DNA from: Diplonema japonicum | Taxonomy: Eukaryota > Protista > Euglenozoa: Diplonemea | Reading direction: 5' to 3' | NCBI GenBank assembly: GCA_964019335.1 | Contig: OZ025737.1 | Coordinates: 310,001-374,000, forward strand | DNA length: 64,000 bases | Position numbers and translations under genes: made by a program | Shown: one piece after another, positions 58,136 to 64,000 of the stretch | How the letters are laid out: each line of letters starts with the position of its first letter | Position numbering within the stretch: the first letter of the stretch is position 1 | The notes under the pieces: generated by a model | The model's input: only the letters and a program-made list of their open reading frames with translations | The model's database searches: none | What the model was told of the DNA's origin: nothing

Positions 58136-60544
58136 ATGAAAAAAGGTGTGATCCCACCTCAGTTCGAGAAATACTTCAGTGCTGTCCAAGATGAAGCTGT
58201 ATTCTTCCAAGAAGTAGTGAGGGCCAACAGAGATGGAGAACTGAAGCACAGATGCGCCGTCATGACAAGTGACTCCCTCATGATATGTACACACAAAGGT
58301 ACCGCCAACAGGCAGGTGGCCCTGAACGCGATAAGCACTGTGACGGTGTCCCCTAGTGGTACAGACTGCCTGCTCATGGTGCCGTCTGAATACGATGTCC
58401 TGATAAGGTTCTCATCTGCCTTGGTAGTGCTTGACCACTTCGTGCCGATTATCAAAAAGCTAGCACCCCACGTGGACGTTAAAGTGCTGGGCCCGCAAGA
58501 GACTATCGGTGACAGGCACAATACTGTCAACTTCGGCGAAGCGGGCTATAACGTCCCTGTTGGAATGTCTCTGAAAGGCATACGCGAGCCTGCTCCGATT
58601 AAGCCTCCTTCCCCCCCGACACCCTCTGTACATGCAGTCTCCCCTTCTCCCTCACCAGTGGTTCCTAATAAGCAGCTCCAACGTGCACAGGCCACAAGGC
58701 ACACAGTCAGCTCTGACATCGACAGTGACGACGAGCATGTCGCAACGTTCAATACTACTGCACAGCGGGTGCAGCGGACCTATGCAGCACCCCGAACCTC
58801 ACCTGTGCGAGGTCTGAAACATTCGTTTGCAAAAACAGAAAGGCCCGCAGCATCAGCACGTAAGGTGCGCGTACACACTTTGGGGGATTCTAGTTGTCAA
58901 ACAGACAGCATCTCGGAGATGTGTCCTGGATGCAATGGTATTGCAGAGTACGGCTGTGAAGCATGGTGTCCTTCAGGGTGGTATCCATCGCTGCGGCCAT
59001 GCACCGACAGGACCAAAGGGTTTGATATGAGAGGCGTTAGTGGTGTCGACTTCAGCTGCAGGGGCATACAAGTCACAAACACAGGTAACAGGCCAGCGGT
59101 TCTCTCTGCAAGCCACAGCTCGGTTGACGTCAGTATTTACTTTGAAATCTTTCTGCATGGCAGCCACAGGTGCGCTGTTGGAGTGATGTTCGAGACAAGC
59201 AGGGTGGAGTTGCGTTCTGATGGAGCGCTGCTCGCCGACGGTAACAAGGTAGCTCAGGTGAAGAATGTGGAGCACAACAGTGTGGTGAGGGTGCGTGTCG
59301 ATAGATTCTTGAGAACTGTTAATTTTTACAATGGCGAAGACCACGTGGCGGTGTGTCCCATAAACAAGGAGCTAGTCGCAGTGCCCATGAGGCCATGCGT
59401 GAGGATCGACAGCAAGAATGATATGGCAAAGCTCATTTGCTACACCGCTTCAAGTACTTCACCTGTACTGGCACTTTACACAGCTGCTGTAGTGACGTTG
59501 TGCCTTTCCACAGATCTGAGAGCTCTTGAGGTGCATAAATTAAAAGAGCAACTGCACAAGGTGACTGATGACAATAACAGGCTGAAAGGCGTGATCCAGG
59601 AAGTCGTGGCTTCGGCGCAGGGAGTCGAAGCAGAATCGACTGGTGTACGGACGGAAAATGCATCATTGCTAGCTCAGCTGCAGACAGCTGCGGAAGAAGC
59701 CTCTCAAGCGCTACAGAGATCGAATAAGCTGCAAGAATTGGTGAGGCAGCAGAGCACTGAGAACCAGTCCCTGCTCAGCACTTTGCATGAGATGGAGGCA
59801 CAGCGCGATGAGTTCCGCAAGCTGCTTGACGACACCAACAAACAGCACGCTAGCATCAAATACGAAGAGATTGAAGCACTGCGGCAGGAGCTCGCGGCAT
59901 GCCGCGAAGCAGACAAAACAGCTGAAGCGGAACTGCTTTCCACTACTCTAAAAGGCAAAACGCACGAAGTTGCACGCCTTCAGGACAGGGTGGGGGACTT
60001 GGAGAAGGAGTTGCGGGAGTATAAAAGTAGAGAAAGCCGGGTTGAACATGACATGGAACTGCTGGGGATGCTTATGAAGGAACCCACGAACAGCCAGAGT
60101 ACTAAGGAAGAAATTGATAAAGGTTCTAGCAAGGAGAAGGATGCGCACGCGGTGGACCGTGCCATCCTCAGAGAGCTGAAGAAGGTGTTTGACGGCATTG
60201 CGTTGAATGACGAGGAGTGCAGCCTTGTGCTGAGCAGAGACTTACACGAGCTCCAGCCTGCTGTAAACAGGCTCGTTAAACAACGGAACAATGAGAAGCG
60301 CTTGTTGGAGAAGGCAAGATCACACTCTGGTCTGCTTGTTGCCAATGCCCTGTCGCTGCTTGCCAGTGGTGAATGGGGGTCCCTGAAAGGATTACTGCGG
60401 TCGCAATGTGCAGAAGTGCCTGCTTCATTACCTAAGATGGTCTCGGCGCAGCTCTGCTTGCCGGTCATTCGTGTCATGGCACAGAATGAGAGACTGAAGC
60501 TTGCAGGTCGGTATTGGCGGAGACTGGCGTGTTTTAGAAAGTAG
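58136..60544 (+). CDS. Hypothetical protein with a PH-like N-terminus, SPRY/B30.2-like middle and coiled-coil C-terminus
   Basis: 802-aa ORF. IYFEI...AVGV...VVRVRVDRF.RTVNFYN...MRPCV resembles SPRY. Heptad-rich tail. Confidence 0.7.
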   Translation: MKKGVIPPQFEKYFSAVQDEAVFFQEVVRANRDGELKHRCAVMTSDSLMICTHKGTANRQVALNAISTVTVSPSGTDCLLMVPSEYDVLIRFSSALVVLDHFVPIIKKLAPHVDVKVLGPQETIGDRHNTVNFGEAGYNVPVGMSLKGIREPAPIKPPSPPTPSVHAVSPSPSPVVPNKQLQRAQATRHTVSSDIDSDDEHVATFNTTAQRVQRTYAAPRTSPVRGLKHSFAKTERPAASARKVRVHTLGDSSCQTDSISEMCPGCNGIAEYGCEAWCPSGWYPSLRPCTDRTKGFDMRGVSGVDFSCRGIQVTNTGNRPAVLSASHSSVDVSIYFEIFLHGSHRCAVGVMFETSRVELRSDGALLADGNKVAQVKNVEHNSVVRVRVDRFLRTVNFYNGEDHVAVCPINKELVAVPMRPCVRIDSKNDMAKLICYTASSTSPVLALYTAAVVTLCLSTDLRALEVHKLKEQLHKVTDDNNRLKGVIQEVVASAQGVEAESTGVRTENASLLAQLQTAAEEASQALQRSNKLQELVRQQSTENQSLLSTLHEMEAQRDEFRKLLDDTNKQHASIKYEEIEALRQELAACREADKTAEAELLSTTLKGKTHEVARLQDRVGDLEKELREYKSRESRVEHDMELLGMLMKEPTNSQSTKEEIDKGSSKEKDAHAVDRAILRELKKVFDGIALNDEECSLVLSRDLHELQPAVNRLVKQRNNEKRLLEKARSHSGLLVANALSLLASGEWGSLKGLLRSQCAEVPASLPKMVSAQLCLPVIRVMAQNERLKLAGRYWRRLACFRK

Positions 60545-60587
60545 ATGTTCTTCGCTATTCTACACTACTGCTTAAGTTACAAGTGGG

Positions 60588-61289
60588 ATGAAACGAACAT
60601 GCCGCTTGCTGTCGAAGCTGGACCCACGGCTCTGCAAGGTGTACCTAGTAACAGATGACCTCTTTCAAGATGGGCTTGTGGAACGAGTGAAGGGCTGCAT
60701 TGATGGTGGTGTGAAGTGTGTGCAAGTGAGGCTTAAGCACTCGGACACAAAGACATATCTCAATGTTGTGCGCGACGTGATAGCCTACGGACGCCCTCGC
60801 GGCGTGAAGGTCATCGTCGATGACAGAGCTGACGTGTGCATGGCTGCAGATGCCGACGGCCTGCATGTGGGGGGTGATGATATGCCTGCTGAAGATGCAC
60901 GCAAGCTGATCGGGCAAGATAAGATTCTAGGAGTGACGGTCTACGGTTGTCCCGAGCGGATGCTGGCTGCCATCCAAGCAGGCGCAGACTACGTGGGGAC
61001 AGGTGCCATGTTCCCTACTACCACAAAGGCCACTGCCCCGGTCAGTGGGTTGCAGAGTTTGGCAGCTTTGAGAGCAGTTCTCCAGGACTACCAATTGCAG
61101 CACCCCAACACGGCACTCCCCGTTATCGCAATTGGAGGTATCAAACCCGAGAATGCGGGCCAGTGCCTGGCTGCAGGTGCTGATGGCGTCGCTATGGTCT
61201 CTGGGCTCCTTGACACGGAAGGGCCCTATGCAGCAGCTTGCAAAGCACGAACCGTGAAAGCTTTCGGGCTTCTGGCTAGATCTTCGTAG
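60588..61289 (+). CDS. thiE: Thiamine-phosphate synthase
   Basis: Motifs VYLVTD, VQVRLK, IVDDR.DV, DGLHVG.DD, GADYVGTGAMFPTTTK, PVIAIGGI and GADGVAMVS. Confidence 0.93.
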   Translation: MKRTCRLLSKLDPRLCKVYLVTDDLFQDGLVERVKGCIDGGVKCVQVRLKHSDTKTYLNVVRDVIAYGRPRGVKVIVDDRADVCMAADADGLHVGGDDMPAEDARKLIGQDKILGVTVYGCPERMLAAIQAGADYVGTGAMFPTTTKATAPVSGLQSLAALRAVLQDYQLQHPNTALPVIAIGGIKPENAGQCLAAGADGVAMVSGLLDTEGPYAAACKARTVKAFGLLARSS

Positions 61290-61340
61290 ATTAGTTCTAT
61301 GTTTTGCACCTTGTCTTCACTTTATCATTAACACAGGTAA

Positions 61341-64000
61341 ATGCCACAGCGGTGGTGCTTCTACCCCTCTGCAGTGCACATATGGAACCTGGCAAATGTC
61401 CTCCAGCAAGAAGATGAAAAAAAGGACTACATAATCAGTGACGCAGTTACTGGCGATGTCATGACCTTCAGCAGCAGTGAACTCGTGTTTATTGACTCTG
61501 ATGGAGTGCTGCAGCCAAAGGGTGATCTGTTGGACCTGCCGGTGGTGCACGAGGCTACTGTGCTGCATTGGTTAAGAAAGAGACTAGAAGAGAAGCGGTA
61601 CAGTAATAGGTTGGGGCGGGTTTACCTGCAGTTTGGTAGTGGAACGCAGCCTGTGTGCTCTTGTGCCGCTGAGGTGTACTACAACGTGATATCAGGTGAG
61701 GGTGATCAGGTTATCAGCATCTTAGGAAGCACCGGCTCTGACAAGCAGCTTTTCACCGCCTCCTCTTTGGCTTCCTTGCTGCGGTGCGGCGGTGCATCAA
61801 GAACGACTTGCGCTGTGATGCAGGCCGCATTGTCGCTCTTAAGATGGTTTGGATCAGTGCGAACAACTGATGGCACAGAGCTACCCTGCCATGCTACTCG
61901 ATGGAACATGTCTTTTAACAAAAGGGGGTCGTTGGCTTCAGTCAGCGTTGATTGTGAGATGCTTGAAAGTAGCAGGATCCTCAGCGTGACAGAAAACGAA
62001 CGGCTGTTCACCGCGGCTTACATGCTCCTAGCGGGCAAAGAAGCTGGAAAATATCACGCAGCATCTACCATCTTCCCGCAGATAGCAGATGGCACTGCGC
62101 CCGATTCCCATGACAAGGCAGAGTACGAAAGGTCGTTTGCTGCATTTGACGCACTCGGCATCGAGTCCAAGCAGCGAGACAACTTCTGGAGAGTGCTTAG
62201 TGCCTCCCTGCATGTAGGTGCACTGGACATCAGCAGATCAAGGACAGGCAAGGTGAGGATCGCAACGTCATGTGTAGCGTCACTACGCCTTGCATGCAGT
62301 CTGCTCAGTATCGAGGTGGTGGAATTAGAGCGCGTCATCACCGCTGCTGATGAACCTGAAGTGTGCAGGGACACAATAGCATGCTGTTTGTACCACACTG
62401 TGTTCCACTACATTGTACACCTGATCAACACAGCCCTGCATCGGTTGGCCACGGAGACCACAACGGACTCGAGTTCAATAACAATCATCGACGCAGGTGG
62501 CGTGATGGAAAGCGGTGGGGGTGCCTTTGGTATTGAGGAGTTCGTGCGGCATGCCTTGTACGAAGTTCTTGAAGGTAGGTACAGAGCAGACATCATCGAG
62601 AAGCCTCCACTGGAGTCATTCTCAGAGTGCCGCAATAGCAGCACCACGACAGGTGTCCAAGGTCCGCAGGGGCCTTCGTCTGAACATGTCCTCCAGATGT
62701 TGTACAACACATCGCAAGGTCTTGTCACGGCTTTGGATGAGCCTATCTCAGATGACGAGTTCCACAAACTCGTGTCCACTGTCTCTCCATTGGCATACAC
62801 CGAACCCAGAGACGCTGACAGTCTGCCCGTTGTTTTGCACCATACGTTTGGTGCAATCAAGTACGATGTTCGCGGATTTCTCAGCAGAAGGATGCCCATC
62901 CCACTAGAAGTTGTCTCGTTGCTCTCCAGAGCCACGCCTTTGGGATTCAAGAACGTCAGCATAAACCCCATCGCAACACTTCACGACTTTTCAAAGACAA
63001 CCGTGCACCTCCTCAACACCCGTGCAACAACATGGGTCCGGTGCGTGACCTCGTCCACGACACGAGGTGTGTGGAGCGGTGCACATGTTGTGGAGCAGCT
63101 TCGTCAGCTTGGCGCCATGCATGTCTTGCACGTGGCACTGAGGAGCCACGATGAGAGTATTGAACATAAGAAATTTCTGCAGAAATTCCGCACCCTGTCA
63201 AAAGCACCAGTGCGCAACACAGAGTACATGCAGTGCGTAGAACTGGTCAAAGAAATTGTGCCGAGGCCCTTGGCATTTAAGGTCGGACCTTCCCTTGTGC
63301 TGGCACGGTCAAATGTTGTGAGGACGCTGCAGAACAAAATCATATCACGTACATCAGCTATCTTGCTTGCTTTCATCAAGGGAAGGGCGAGTATCGAGAA
63401 AGTGGGCAAAATGAGCAACCCCGCACGTGGCGCTGTGAAGCAGTCGATTGTGTCTCTTAAGAAGTTGGAACGCGTGGAAATCAGCAAAAGGCAGTGCGCA
63501 CAGCGTGACGAGAGCAGGACGCGGTGTTTTTTGGTGGAGGGGTTTCAAAAAAGGAATGCACAACTCACAAAGAACAGTAGGCACTCTATCGCAATGGCAC
63601 AGGCACGGTTCCAGCACAGCATCGTCGATACAGAGAATAAGAAGAGATCCACAGTCACAGCCTGCCAGGCTCAGGCATTTCGCGCTATCAAAGAGATGTA
63701 CATCAAGGCGACGAAGGCCATTAAGTACGAAACTGCACCTTCGGAAGTCTCGACAGTGGACGTTCCAAAATACAGTGACAGGGCAGAGAAGATAGCGGCG
63801 AAGCTGATTGCCCACCATTCGGAGGTGAACACGATGACGGGTAACAGGTATGCGCATAACGTACTATGACGCCACACAGTGCAACAAGGAGCGAGAGTGC
63901 AAAGAAGCAGCAGGCGTCGCATCTGCACTTAAAACAAGTCATGTTCAAGAAGCATGTCGAAGAAGAGAAGCAGAAGCAGGAAATGTTAAGGCGGCGACTC
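61341..64000 (+). CDS. Divergent myosin-motor-like protein (3' partial)
   Basis: DLLDLPVVHEATVLHWLRKR, LESSRI...ENER.F, HTFGAIKYDVRGFL, TWVRC and VVEQLRQLG follow the myosin head. A predicted intron at 63848-63879 keeps the frame open to the window end. Confidence 0.8.

Overview
Eukaryotic nuclear DNA. All 18 recognisable host genes lie on the + strand and several contain very short (31-76 nt) GT-AG introns, mostly starting GTRTG. This pattern suggests a polycistronic, trans-splicing euglenozoan, plausibly a diplonemid (inference). Genes in order: IQ-repeat protein (5' partial), polyQ AlkB-family dioxygenase, NT-C2/VASt/GRAM protein, Tom40, a possible L7Ae-like protein, glutamine synthetase, PB1-serine decarboxylase fusion, a second identical glutamine synthetase, SKP1, a large LRR protein, a coiled-coil protein, a cNMP-domain K+ channel, a polyQ DUF789-like protein, a calcyphosin-cyclophilin fusion, an IP3-receptor-like channel, a PH/SPRY/coiled-coil protein, thiE, and a degenerate myosin (3' partial). 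The homopolymer-rich spacers hold two piggyBac remnants, two pogo-like deletion derivatives, an Ingi-like RNase H fragment, fragments of a LINE family, and a short retroposon (SINE-like) family. Top candidate: the most complete short retroposon (45309-45644) starts with a hand-foldable, complete HDV-like ribozyme. It ends in the motif CCTCCTTTAWCTCAT, which it shares with the LINE family. Intron calls and RNA folds were made by eye.
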